From Bdellovibrionales bacterium (GTDB lineage Bacteria; Bdellovibrionota; Bdellovibrionia; Bdellovibrionales; CAYMLA01): DNA of 64,000 nucleotides. The DNA lies in the NCBI GenBank assembly GCA_965217115.1, contig OZ244239.1:384001-448000 (forward strand), read 5' to 3'. The notes beneath the pieces are model-generated. The model saw only the letters and a list, made by a program, of their open reading frames with translations. It did no database searches and was not told the origin of the DNA. The translations under genes were made by a program, and so were the position numbers. Shown here piece after piece: positions 31,030-41,131 of the stretch (position 1 is the first letter of the stretch; every line of letters starts with the position of its first letter).

Positions 31030-31505
31030 CTTGCACTCTCTTTCTTATTTATTTGTTTGTTTCTTTGTTTTTTTGTTTCTTTGTTTCTTTGTTTCTTTGT
31101 TTTCTTATTTATTTATTTATTTGTTTTCTTGCTTGCTTGTTTTCTTCTTTGTTTTTTATTTGCTTACTTGTTTCTTGGCTTATTTATTTACTTGCTTTTT
31201 ATTTGCTTGTTTTTTATTTATTTCTTTGTTTTTTTGTTTCTTTGTTTCTTTACTTATTTGTTTATTTTTGTTTATTTATTTTCTTACTTATTTATTTACT
31301 TGTTTCTTTTTTTATTTGCTTGTTTCTTATTTGTTTCTTTATCTCTTTGTTTTTTTGTTTATTTGTTTATTTTTGTTTATTTATTTGCTTATTTATTTAC
31401 TTGTTTTTTGTTTCTTTATCTCTTTGTTTGCTTATTCATTTGCTTTCTTGTTTGCTTGTTTGTTTTTTATTTGCCTCTTTGTTTGCTTGTTTATTTGCTT
31501 TTTAT
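31030..31505. repeat. T-rich mosaic microsatellite
   Basis: Shuffled TTGT/TTAT/TTGC/TTCT/TTAC units over about 480 bp. Confidence 0.9.
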
Positions 31506-32335
31506 TGTTTGCTCTTTAATAAAGCGATCAACTCTGTAAACATTTCCTTTAATGGCTCACTGATAACCTCTGCCCGTTGCCTATCGTATCTCTTTTGATT
31601 GTCTTCCATATAAACTGATTGGGACATCTCCAATTGCAAACTGTGCACACCCGCATCTGGACGACCAAAAAACCGTGTGAAATGACCGCCCTTAAATGGT
31701 TTATTCACTCCCAAATCCCAAATAATTTCTCCGCTCTCCAAAACAGACTTCGCTTTAAGCAGAACTTCCTCAGCACAGGTTTTACCATCATTGTCTCCCA
31801 ACATAAGATCAGGAAAAATTTCTTCAGATATAGAGGGAATGAAATCTTTAATAGAATGGGCATCAAAGAAGAGAACTTGGGAAAAGTCTGATTGCAGATC
31901 TAATAGAATCTCCTCTATTTTTTGATAATACGGCAAGTAGTACTCATTGTAACGCCGTTCAATCTCACTCTCTCCGGGAGTTTGACCAACACGGTATAAC
32001 TCTTCACCTGAAAAACTTTTAACAGGAACCAGAGACGTCTCCGGTCGACCATCTTTGTACAAAGACTTGGATTTGGGGTCTCTATTTAAATCAATCACAT
32101 ACCGACTGTAATTTGCTTTTATCAGAGTGATTCCCAAACTTGAAACAAACCCATCATATAACTGATCCACAAACCAATCCGTATCTTCAGGATGATTGAC
32201 AACGCCCTCTCCATAGGAAGACTCCATCCCAGGGGGAAACATCGTTCCGCTATGGGGACTACTGATGAGAATAGGAACTCTCTTCTCTTTTTCTGGAGCA
32301 TTGACTTCAAAAACAGCATTCTTCATTCCGAACAA
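31502..32335 (-). CDS. hutG: N-formylglutamate amidohydrolase
   Basis: SSPHSG, DTDW, SRYVIDLNR, DAHS, PFKGG, LQLE. Confidence 0.92.
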   Translation of the reverse strand: MFGMKNAVFEVNAPEKEKRVPILISSPHSGTMFPPGMESSYGEGVVNHPEDTDWFVDQLYDGFVSSLGITLIKANYSRYVIDLNRDPKSKSLYKDGRPETSLVPVKSFSGEELYRVGQTPGESEIERRYNEYYLPYYQKIEEILLDLQSDFSQVLFFDAHSIKDFIPSISEEIFPDLMLGDNDGKTCAEEVLLKAKSVLESGEIIWDLGVNKPFKGGHFTRFFGRPDAGVHSLQLEMSQSVYMEDNQKRYDRQRAEVISEPLKEMFTELIALLKSKQ

Positions 32336-32379
32336 ATACCTTATATTCCTAAATATTTAAATCTAATTTTACCATTTTT

Positions 32380-32965
32380 TCCCCCAAATCCCTTCTCTCT
32401 CTCCCCCTAACCCCTTTTTCTCTCTCCCCCAAATCCCTTCTCTCTCCCCCAATCCCTTCTCTCTCCCCCAATCCCTTCTCTCTCCCCCAATCCCTTCTCT
32501 CTCCCCCAATCCCTTCTCTCTCCCCAAATCCCTTCTCTCCCCTAAATCCCTTCTCTCTCCCAAATCCCTTCTCTCTCCTAAATCCCTTCTCTCTCCTAAA
32601 TCCCTTCTCTCTCCTAAATCCCTTTCTCTCCCCTAAACCCTTTCTCTCCCCTAAACCCTTTCTCTCCCCCAAATCCCTTCTTTCCCCCAAATCCCTTCTT
32701 TCCCCTAAATCCCTTTCTCTCCCCTAAACCCTTTCTCTCCCCCAAATCCCTTCTTTCCCCCAAATCCCTTCTTTCCCCTAAATCCCTTTCTCTCCCCTAA
32801 ATCCCTTCTCTCCCCTAAATCCCTTCTCTCTCCCAAATCCCTTCTTTCCCCTAAATCCCTTCTTTCCCCTAAATCCCTTCTCCCCTCTAAATCCCTTCTT
32901 TCCCCTAAATCCCTTCTCTCCCCTAAACCCCTTTTTCTCCCCCCCCCCTTCCCCCCCTTAAATCC
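32380..32965. repeat. 17-19-bp minisatellite (aaatcccttctctcccct consensus), roughly 30 copies
   Basis: Seen directly; G-rich on the minus strand. Confidence 0.92.
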
Positions 32966-32982
32966 CCCACCAAAAAACACAC

Positions 32983-33128
32983 GCCTTAAACCAGTGTGCC
33001 TTTTAAATAGAACCCTATCCCCAAGCGCAGTTCTTTTGGCGCGATGCTCGCAAAGCGAGCGCCGCAGCCGAAAGCATGTTTGAGCATTGGGGATAGGGTT
33101 CTATTTAAAAGGCACACTGGTTTAAGGC
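32983..33128 (-). repeat. Long hairpin element, stem type B
   Basis: Perfect 42-bp inverted repeat around a core nearly identical to the one at 28759..28819. Confidence 0.92.
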
Positions 33129-33218
33129 ACACTGAGATTTAAGCCACCACAACTCAATTAATTAATTAATTAATTACTCAATCATCATCAATCAATTAAT
33201 TAATCACCCAATCCCACC

Positions 33219-34277
33219 CTAAGCCTTAACTCTCCAATACTGCTCTTCTATTCCCATAGAAAAAACAAGAGGATCACTCCCCTTCTGTCGATCTACAAAA
33301 TCAGATTTCCCCTTTATCCCCGCCCATTCCAAGTCCACCAGCACCTGCCCGATAACACCTCCGAGGGAGTTTCCTGGCCCTAAAATAATAACACAATCTG
33401 GATTGTACTCTTTAAGCCCCTTGGTGATGGCTTGGGTAAAATCATAGGGCTTATAAACTTGATGCCCCAGAGTGTAATCGTAAATAGCTTGGCCGCCAGA
33501 GCGATTCGATAGATAAAACTTCCACACATACCCTCGCCCATCTATAAGGTCACAGTCGCGATCAGGGGGGCCAAAAGACTCCACCCGAAGAGATGCAAAG
33601 GCCTTCTCTGAAACTTCCCGTAGCAAAGACGTGTGAAAAGCACCGTGATTAATTAATTGCAAAGGGTAGTTCTCGTTCTTAGGGAGATTTTTAAGAAGAA
33701 ACCCCATTCCCTCTTTGTCGGCACCGATAACAACGTATCCCCCTAGGAAAATCGAGATCTCAGCAAAACCAGATGTTCTATTGGCTTCTTCAATTAATTT
33801 AAGAACCTCTTCCCTCTTCTCTTCTTGGAGTTTCCAGTTTTCATCGACTAAGGGGTAAATAAGTTGACCACCAATAAGGCGCTCTTTCATCATCGACCCC
33901 ATCGTCTCAATCACTTCAAAACCCGCCATCGGATTAAGAACTTTTGCCAGGACACAGGCGCTGTACCAACCCATCGAGTTTCCAGTGATCGCCACTGGTT
34001 CGTACTTCTTAAAATTAATCTGTGAGTAATCAGCATAGGAGCAGGCGTAAATCAGAGAAGATGCATGTTCACCCTTGGTGTGTAGAGAGGGTTTGAATTT
34101 CTCCATTGAATCCAGTTCCGTGATCTTAGGTCTGCCGAGGTCCTGTCTCTTCCTATCAATCTCTTCTAAGAGAGATGTCACCTTCTGTCCCCGTCTCTGT
34201 AGATAACCTAAGGACTCCTTGGTGTAGGACCCCCGTCCTGGGCAAACAATCAGGGCTCGTTTTTTATTATCACTCAT
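33219..34277 (-). CDS. FabD-like acyltransferase (ACP S-malonyltransferase family)
   Basis: CPGRG, GNSMG nucleophile elbow, AFHT, LGPG. Confidence 0.8.
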   Translation of the reverse strand: MSDNKKRALIVCPGRGSYTKESLGYLQRRGQKVTSLLEEIDRKRQDLGRPKITELDSMEKFKPSLHTKGEHASSLIYACSYADYSQINFKKYEPVAITGNSMGWYSACVLAKVLNPMAGFEVIETMGSMMKERLIGGQLIYPLVDENWKLQEEKREEVLKLIEEANRTSGFAEISIFLGGYVVIGADKEGMGFLLKNLPKNENYPLQLINHGAFHTSLLREVSEKAFASLRVESFGPPDRDCDLIDGRGYVWKFYLSNRSGGQAIYDYTLGHQVYKPYDFTQAITKGLKEYNPDCVIILGPGNSLGGVIGQVLVDLEWAGIKGKSDFVDRQKGSDPLVFSMGIEEQYWRVKA

Positions 34278-36538
34278 CTCTCTTCTCTCATTAGTTTTTT
34301 TGCTTTTAAGACAATAGACTCACAGCTTGGCAAACCCTTTGTGGCCGCAACCCCTAAAGGGATTAAACAATCATAACCCACATCCACCTCTATTTTTGGT
34401 TGTGTCGGTAATTTCCTCACAATAAAGGATGTTATCTCCTCGTGAATTCCCCCGCCCGTTTCACGACACTCATCCACAATCAAGATGTTCTTGGCTGACT
34501 GTATTTCTGATTTTAATTGCTCTTTATTATAATCTTTTAACCAGCGAAGGTTCAGTATTTTTATCGAGAAGCCCTCTTGATCTCTTAAAATTTTGGCTGC
34601 CTTATGGGAGAGATAATTCCCGTTGCCATAGGTGATGATTGTTAGGTCGTCTTCCTCTCTCTGACTCTCTCTCTGACTATAATCTTTACAAACTTCTATC
34701 TCTCCTAAAGGAATTTCATTTTCTAAATCTGGGTACTCGAAACTCCAAAGTTTATCATCCTCGTCGTGAAGATCGCGAATCATGTAGAGGGCAATGGGTT
34801 CTAAGAAAACACTGACTCTGCCCTTCTCATGGGCCACGCGCACACAGGTCCTCAACATCTCAGCCGCCTCTCTTCCATTGCTGGGACAAGCTAATATCAA
34901 CCCCGGAATATCACGGAGGACTGCAAAGGAGTTGTCATTGTGAAAGTGTCCCCCAAAACCTTTTTGATAGGCCAAACCTGCAACACGAATCACCATCGGA
35001 TTTGTGTACAAACCTTGGGAGAAAAAAGGCAGGGTCGCCGCCTCTCCACGAATCTGATCTTCGGCGTTGTGGATATAAGCTAAGAACTGAATTTCAGGGA
35101 TGGGAACAAAACCGTTATGGGCCATTCCCATGGATACACCTAGAATAGATTGTTCATCTAATAGAGAATTCAAAACTCTCTTACCACCAAAGCGCTCCTG
35201 CAAGCCTTCGGTCACATGGTACACGCCGCCTTTTTTACCAACGTCCTCACCCAAGATCAGCGTGTTCTCATAGCGAAGCATTATATCGGTTAAGGCGTAG
35301 TTTATAAGCTTGGCCATGTGCATTTTCTGACCGAGGCGTTTAAACTCTCTCTGTGTAAAAACATTTTCCCTCTTTTTTTCTATCGGCTGTGGCGGGCTTA
35401 AACGGCGATGGGTGCAAGAGGTCAAAGACTCACTCACCTCTCCAATCGTCTCCAGCTTAGGTCTTCGTGTCTCGCCTTGGGTCACTCCCCGTGCCACCGC
35501 CTGAACTTGATGGCGTATTTTTTCATAGACAAAAACCAAATCTTCTTTTGAAATTAAATTGCCTTCTAAGGCGATCCGAGCCGAATGCAATAGCGGGTCA
35601 TCAAACTCCGTCTTTTCAATTTTTTCCATGGGACGATAACTCCCCTCTATGTCTGATCCCGCATGTCCTAAGAGGCGAACCGTTTTCATGTGCAAGAAAA
35701 CAGGTTGCTTTCTTTGACGAGCGATTTGTAATGCTTTGATGCCCTTCTCTGTGCAATCATTGATGTTCAAACCATCACAGGCGATGTAATGTAAACTGGG
35801 TCTATTTTTAAAAGATTCTTGAATCCAATCTCTCGGAGTCGGAACAGAAATCCCCACTCCATTGTCCTCACAAATAAACACAATCGGCAGGGGAAGGCCT
35901 TGATAGGCTATCCAACTGGCTGTGTTGATCGCGCCTTGAGCCGTTGAGTGATTGGCCGAAGCATCGCCGAAGTTACACACAATAACACTGTCATTAGAAA
36001 GTGACCTATCCCCTATTGATAGATCATTGGCCCTAACAATGGAAAACGCGGCCCCCACGGACTTGGGCAAATGGGAGGCAATCGTGCTTGTCTGGGGAGG
36101 AGTGAAAAAACGCTCACTGCCAAAAACCTTATGCCGTCCTCCAGAGATGGGATCATCCGCCGAAGCCGTCAAGGACAGGCAGATATCATAAATCGGAGTG
36201 CTGTCAGCCAAATGCTTCTGACGCTGAATAAAAAAAGCTCCGCTGCGATAGTGGAGGAAAGCCATATCTGTGTGACGGAATATCCGACCAAAAGCTGCGT
36301 TGCCCTCATGGCCTGAGCTTCCTATGGTGTAAAAGCACTCACCCCCACTCTTGAGTTGACGGGCGACAATATCCAAGTGACGGCTTATCATTTGAGTCTC
36401 AAACAGGTCCATGAAATCATCGCCACTCAAAGCGCTCTCTTTTAGACCTGTATTGCTCTTCGCAGAGGGAAGCCTTCCCCCACGGACAAACTCCGTGAAA
36501 TTTTTATCGACAACCGCCGCTCGATTAAACACATCCAT
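34274..36538 (-). CDS. Fused alpha/beta E1 TPP-dependent 2-oxoacid dehydrogenase
   Basis: GDA...N TPP motif, RLLGHAGSD, GEDV.KKGGV, EIQF. Confidence 0.88.
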   Translation of the reverse strand: MDVFNRAAVVDKNFTEFVRGGRLPSAKSNTGLKESALSGDDFMDLFETQMISRHLDIVARQLKSGGECFYTIGSSGHEGNAAFGRIFRHTDMAFLHYRSGAFFIQRQKHLADSTPIYDICLSLTASADDPISGGRHKVFGSERFFTPPQTSTIASHLPKSVGAAFSIVRANDLSIGDRSLSNDSVIVCNFGDASANHSTAQGAINTASWIAYQGLPLPIVFICEDNGVGISVPTPRDWIQESFKNRPSLHYIACDGLNINDCTEKGIKALQIARQRKQPVFLHMKTVRLLGHAGSDIEGSYRPMEKIEKTEFDDPLLHSARIALEGNLISKEDLVFVYEKIRHQVQAVARGVTQGETRRPKLETIGEVSESLTSCTHRRLSPPQPIEKKRENVFTQREFKRLGQKMHMAKLINYALTDIMLRYENTLILGEDVGKKGGVYHVTEGLQERFGGKRVLNSLLDEQSILGVSMGMAHNGFVPIPEIQFLAYIHNAEDQIRGEAATLPFFSQGLYTNPMVIRVAGLAYQKGFGGHFHNDNSFAVLRDIPGLILACPSNGREAAEMLRTCVRVAHEKGRVSVFLEPIALYMIRDLHDEDDKLWSFEYPDLENEIPLGEIEVCKDYSQRESQREEDDLTIITYGNGNYLSHKAAKILRDQEGFSIKILNLRWLKDYNKEQLKSEIQSAKNILIVDECRETGGGIHEEITSFIVRKLPTQPKIEVDVGYDCLIPLGVAATKGLPSCESIVLKAKKLMREER

Positions 36539-36622
36539 GGCGAAAATTATCCTCCATCACTGTAGCCCAGACAACCAAAAATATAATGACCATTGAGTGT
36601 GTTTTTGTGGTACTGTCTCCCC

Positions 36623-37204
36623 ATGAAAATCAATCTCAATGAAATATCTGAAGAAGGCGTCCATTTCTGTCTCACTAGAGAGAGTGGTGAGCTTGGAACG
36701 TCCCTCACTGATTTAATTTCTACAAAGCCCTATCGATTTAAGGCCCATCTGAGAAGTATCGGCTGTGGGAGCTATCAACTCATCGGAACCATGGAGACCT
36801 CTCTAGAGACTGTTTGCTCCAGATGTGGGCAAGAGACCACCCACTCTCTAAATACAAAATTTAATGACCTCCTTCTCAATAAAAATCTTGATAGCCCCTC
36901 TGACCAGTCTTCTCCCACTGGAGAGACACAGGGAAAGTCCACTGGCCAGCCCCTAGAGATAGATAGCTCTGCTCTAGATGTCTCCTATTATGAAGAAAAT
37001 CACATCTTCTGTCTGGGAGCGTTTGCCCATGAAGTCATCGCGTTATCAGAACCCTATAAAATCTACTGCGACGACTGCTTGGAGCCTGGTGCAGATTTGA
37101 GTCAGCCTGTCTACACGGACCCCGCTGGAAAAGCCGATCCTGATTTTGACAAAAGAAATTCCCCTTTCTCCGCCCTAAAAGATCTCAATCTGGACGGGAA
37201 ATAG
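36623..37204 (+). CDS. yceD: YceD/DUF177 protein
   Basis: CSRC, C..C, SPFSALK; upstream of rpmF. Confidence 0.85.
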   Translation: MKINLNEISEEGVHFCLTRESGELGTSLTDLISTKPYRFKAHLRSIGCGSYQLIGTMETSLETVCSRCGQETTHSLNTKFNDLLLNKNLDSPSDQSSPTGETQGKSTGQPLEIDSSALDVSYYEENHIFCLGAFAHEVIALSEPYKIYCDDCLEPGADLSQPVYTDPAGKADPDFDKRNSPFSALKDLNLDGK

Positions 37205-37270
37205 GAGATAAAGGTTGATTTATTCTTATTTTAAGATAACTTCTCTGAGTTAAATTAAAACGAGGTAACA

Positions 37271-37453
37271 ATGCCACAGCCAAAAAGTAGAATAACACGT
37301 TCAAGAAGGGGTATGAGACGCTCCCATGATGGAATCTCTGCTGGAGCTTCTGTTAATTGCCCCAACTGTGGCGCTGTCGCCAGACCCCACAGAGTTTGTG
37401 GCAGTTGTGGACACTACAAGGGTCGAGAAATCATCACCCAAAAAGATTCATAG
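37271..37453 (+). CDS. rpmF: 50S ribosomal protein L32
   Basis: MPQPK...RRSH, CPNC, HRVC..CGHY. Confidence 0.97.
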   Translation: MPQPKSRITRSRRGMRRSHDGISAGASVNCPNCGAVARPHRVCGSCGHYKGREIITQKDS

Positions 37454-37466
37454 ACCACTTCTCTCC

Positions 37467-38387
37467 ATGGAAAAATTCCAAGATCCCGACTGGACAGCCA
37501 AAAATAGCCCACGCGCTTCAGTCCAACCCCGTTCTCTGCAAACCCTCTGGTTTAATACAGGCACGCTGTGTAATCTCCAATGCGAGAACTGCTACATAGA
37601 ATCCAGCCCCAAGAATGATCGCTTCACCTATATAACCACAAGTGAGGTCGAGACATATCTCCAAGAGGCCGAAACTGAAAACATGGCCCCCCAAGAAATC
37701 GCCTTCACGGGCGGAGAACCTTTTATGAACCCGGAGTTTATCCAGACTCTCCACATCTGCCTCGAACGTGGTTATCAAGTTCTCGTTTTAACAAATGCCA
37801 TGAAGCCCATGGAAAAAAAGAAGTTGGAGTTATTGGAAATCCTCTCCCGATTTCCCACACAGCTCACGATACGAGTCTCCATGGACCATTACACCCAAGA
37901 ACTCCACGCCAAAGAGAGGGGGCCTAAGGCATGGCTGCCAGCCCTAAAAGGTCTCAAGTGGCTCTCTACAAATAAATTTCCCATCAGTGTTGCAGGTCGA
38001 ACTCTTTGGAATGAATCAGAGACGCAAATGCGTCAAGGGTATCGCGATCTTTTCACCCGAGAGGGGATCAACATTGATTCCTCCAATCCTGAGGCTCTTA
38101 TCCTCTTTCCTGAAATGGACGAAAATGTCGATGTCCCTGAAATCACCACAGAGTGCTGGGAACTTTTGAAATTAAACCCTGATGATATGATGTGTGCCTC
38201 TTCTAGAATGATCGTAAAGAGAAGAGACGCTCCCTCGCCATCGGTTGTCGCCTGCACGCTTCTTCCCTACGACGAACAATTTGATTTTGGACACAGTCTT
38301 AAGAAATCATGGAAAACTGTAAAACTTAACCATCCCCATTGCGCAAAATTCTGCGTTCTCGGCGGAGGCTCTTGTAGCCAAAACTAA
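37467..38387 (+). CDS. Radical SAM protein (ArsS-related candidate)
   Basis: CNLQCENC, TGGEPF, Cys-rich C-terminus; directly upstream of arsM. Confidence 0.8.
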   Translation: MEKFQDPDWTAKNSPRASVQPRSLQTLWFNTGTLCNLQCENCYIESSPKNDRFTYITTSEVETYLQEAETENMAPQEIAFTGGEPFMNPEFIQTLHICLERGYQVLVLTNAMKPMEKKKLELLEILSRFPTQLTIRVSMDHYTQELHAKERGPKAWLPALKGLKWLSTNKFPISVAGRTLWNESETQMRQGYRDLFTREGINIDSSNPEALILFPEMDENVDVPEITTECWELLKLNPDDMMCASSRMIVKRRDAPSPSVVACTLLPYDEQFDFGHSLKKSWKTVKLNHPHCAKFCVLGGGSCSQN

Positions 38388-38401
38388 ACGAGGTCATACC
38401 T

Positions 38402-39442
38402 ATGCAAAACGAAATCATTGAAAATGTAAAAAACTACTACGGACAAACTCTCGACTCATCAGACGATCTCAAGACGAGTGCCTGTTGCGTGGAAGAAGAA
38501 ATCCCCTCCTACTTAAAGCCTATTCTAAAAGATATTCATGGCGAAGTGATGACCAAATTTTACGGATGTGGCTCTCCTATCCCCCTCGAACTTGAAGGCA
38601 GAACAGTCTTAGATCTTGGATCTGGATCAGGGCGTGACAGTTTTGTGATGTCAAAACTTGTCGGACCCAACGGGCGTGTTATCGGTGTTGATATGACCGA
38701 TGAACAACTGCAAGTGGCGGAAAAACATGTGACCTATCACACTGAAAAATTTGGCTACACGAAACCAAATGTCGAATTTCGTAAAGCCTATATCGAAGAT
38801 CTAAGAACCGCCAATATCGCCGATAACTCCATAGATGTCATAACATCTAATTGCGTGTTAAACCTCTCGACCAACAAAGAAAAAGTTTTTTCTGAAATTT
38901 TCCGTGTTCTTAAACCTGGTGGAGAACTTTATTTCTCAGATGTTTTCTCTGACAGACGTATTCCAGAAGAGTTAACCAAAGACCCTGTGCTTCACGGTGA
39001 ATGTCTCAGTGGCGCACTCTACAAGGAAGATTTCCGACGTCTCCTCGGCAAAATCGGATGTGCCGATGTGCGTGTAGATAAAGAACGTATTCTAGAAGTC
39101 ACAGATCCTGATATTCACCGTAAGATAGGCATGATTACTTTCTATTCAATGACGGTTCGTGCCTTTAAATTGGAACTCGAAGATCAGTGTGAAGATTACG
39201 GTCAAGTCGCCTACTATCAAGGAAGCATTGCAGGGAATTCCCACGAGTTTGCTCTCGACGATCACCATGTTTTCAAAACCAATCAACCCACACTTGTGTG
39301 TTCCAACACGGCTCGCATGCTCACTCAAACCCGCTACCAAAAACATTTCAAAGTTGTCGGAGATGAGTCCACACACTTTGGTCTCTTTGCCTGTAATACA
39401 GATTCACAGAGCCCCGATGAAACCACGACGGGTTGCTGCTGA
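38402..39442 (+). CDS. arsM: Arsenite S-adenosylmethionine methyltransferase
   Basis: YYG, LKTSACC, YGCG, LDLGSGSG, SNCV, GEC, terminal CC. Confidence 0.88.
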   Translation: MQNEIIENVKNYYGQTLDSSDDLKTSACCVEEEIPSYLKPILKDIHGEVMTKFYGCGSPIPLELEGRTVLDLGSGSGRDSFVMSKLVGPNGRVIGVDMTDEQLQVAEKHVTYHTEKFGYTKPNVEFRKAYIEDLRTANIADNSIDVITSNCVLNLSTNKEKVFSEIFRVLKPGGELYFSDVFSDRRIPEELTKDPVLHGECLSGALYKEDFRRLLGKIGCADVRVDKERILEVTDPDIHRKIGMITFYSMTVRAFKLELEDQCEDYGQVAYYQGSIAGNSHEFALDDHHVFKTNQPTLVCSNTARMLTQTRYQKHFKVVGDESTHFGLFACNTDSQSPDETTTGCC

Positions 39443-40299
39443 TGAAGCCCATGTTTTTTTTCAGAGGGAGCTTCAGTTTTGCGCTCACCCTCTTTACAGC
39501 TATCGGTGTCTCTGCAACAAAGAAACTTGTTATTACAGGTTCTAGCACTGTGGCTCCCCTTGTGTCTGAGATTGCTAAATCCTTTGAGAAAAAACATCCT
39601 CAAACTCGCGTTGAAGTGCAGACAGGTGGTTCCACCCGTGGCCTTATAGAAGCCCGCCAAGGTGTTAACGACATTGGTATGATCTCTAGAAATTTAAAAA
39701 ACAATGAAAAGAATCTGGAGCAATACACTCTGGCAAAAGATGGCATTGCCATTATTGTCAACGCTCAGAATCCCATTGAGAGTCTCTCTAAGGCGCAAAT
39801 TAAAGGGATCTTCCAAAAGAGCACCAACTCTTGGAAAGATGTCGGTGGCCTTCCGTCGCCAATAACTGTTATCCATAAAGCCGAGGGGAGATCGACACTG
39901 GAACTCTTCTTAAATTTTTATCAACTCAAAAACAATCAGATAAAACCTGATATTATTATTGGCGATAACGAACAGGGAATTAAATCCATCGCTAACAATC
40001 CCAACGCCATTGGCTATGTCTCCATTGGAACCGCTGAATATCACATCAAACAGAAAGTCCCCATAAAAATGCTTCCCATGAACGGCGTTAGAGCGTCCAC
40101 GGAATCTCTGCGCCAAGGAATATATCCACTTTCACGAAATCTCAATTTAATCATTCAACGAAGCCCATCGAAAAGATCAGAGAAAAGATCAGAGAACATT
40201 TCAGAGAACTTAAAAGATCACTTTATCCAATTTGCCACCTCAAAGGATGTCCATGCTCTCATCCAGCAACAAGGCTTCATCCCCTACAAAAAAAATTGA
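39442..40299 (+). CDS. pstS: PstS-family oxyanion-binding protein
   Basis: GSSTV, GGSTRG, DIGMISR, DGIAIIVN; TGATG coupling to arsM. Confidence 0.85.
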   Translation: MKPMFFFRGSFSFALTLFTAIGVSATKKLVITGSSTVAPLVSEIAKSFEKKHPQTRVEVQTGGSTRGLIEARQGVNDIGMISRNLKNNEKNLEQYTLAKDGIAIIVNAQNPIESLSKAQIKGIFQKSTNSWKDVGGLPSPITVIHKAEGRSTLELFLNFYQLKNNQIKPDIIIGDNEQGIKSIANNPNAIGYVSIGTAEYHIKQKVPIKMLPMNGVRASTESLRQGIYPLSRNLNLIIQRSPSKRSEKRSENISENLKDHFIQFATSKDVHALIQQQGFIPYKKN

Positions 40300-41131
40300 A
40301 ACATCCTTGTGGGGTTTTCTTACTCTAGGCACCATTGTCTCTGGTCTCTTGTCTCTTATGATTTTCACTTTTCTCTTCAAAGAGTCTATTCCTTTTATAA
40401 AATTCTTAAGCTCTTATGAGGGGATTTTATCACGCTCATGGTTTCCTCTGGAAGGAGAATTCAATTTTCTGCCCATCATCGTCGGCTCACTCCTGGCGAC
40501 AGTGGGGAGTTTTTTACTCACAGTTCCCCTGGGAGTTCTTCTTGCGCTCTTTCTTTGTTATTACTCTCCAAAAACTCTCACTAAAGTCCTCGAACCGTTC
40601 ATTGAAGTTTTTTCTGGACTGCCTTCAGTGGTCATTGGACTCTGGGGACTTGTTGTTCTGGTCCCCTACATTCTTCAGTGGACACCGCCTGGCGCCAGCC
40701 TTCTTGCCGCCATTGTTATTCTCAGTATCATGACCCTACCCACTGTAACACTCATCATTAAGAATCGCCTAGAGGCCATTCCTAGGGAACGCCTCATCAC
40801 AGCCCAAGCACTTGGGCTTCCTAAGACGACCACTCTTCTAAAAATATTTCTGCCAGAAGTTCGTTCAGGCATTATCAAGGCCTCCGTTCTTCAAGTGGGC
40901 CGGGCCATGGGAGAAACCATGGCCGTGCTTATGGTCTGTGGTAATATTCCGCAAATACCAAAGAGTCTGTTTGCCCCCATAAGAACTCTCACAACGAACA
41001 TCGCCCTAGAGATGTCCTATGCAACCGACATTCATCGTTCCAGTCTTTTCTTTAGTGGATTTATCTTGGCGATCATCGCAACTCTCTTAGCCCTTCTCGC
41101 CCATCGCTACCAAAAAGACGGGGTCCTATGA
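40232..41131 (+). CDS. pstC: Phosphate ABC permease PstC
   Basis: GLPSVVIG, GRAMGETMAV; true start probably further downstream. Confidence 0.88.
   Translation: MPPQRMSMLSSSNKASSPTKKIETSLWGFLTLGTIVSGLLSLMIFTFLFKESIPFIKFLSSYEGILSRSWFPLEGEFNFLPIIVGSLLATVGSFLLTVPLGVLLALFLCYYSPKTLTKVLEPFIEVFSGLPSVVIGLWGLVVLVPYILQWTPPGASLLAAIVILSIMTLPTVTLIIKNRLEAIPRERLITAQALGLPKTTTLLKIFLPEVRSGIIKASVLQVGRAMGETMAVLMVCGNIPQIPKSLFAPIRTLTTNIALEMSYATDIHRSSLFFSGFILAIIATLLALLAHRYQKDGVL

Noticed and set aside
30867..31598. Phe/Leu-rich membrane-like ORFs on the plus strand
   Set aside because: The T-rich tract lacks stops in all three frames, and the ORFs are antisense to the hut genes.
32349..32980. GERRDL repeat ORFs
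   Set aside because: Translations of the minisatellite, with frames shifting between units and no convincing start.
37326..37466. N-terminal extension of the radical SAM ORF
   Set aside because: Overlaps rpmF; ATG 37467 is more plausible.
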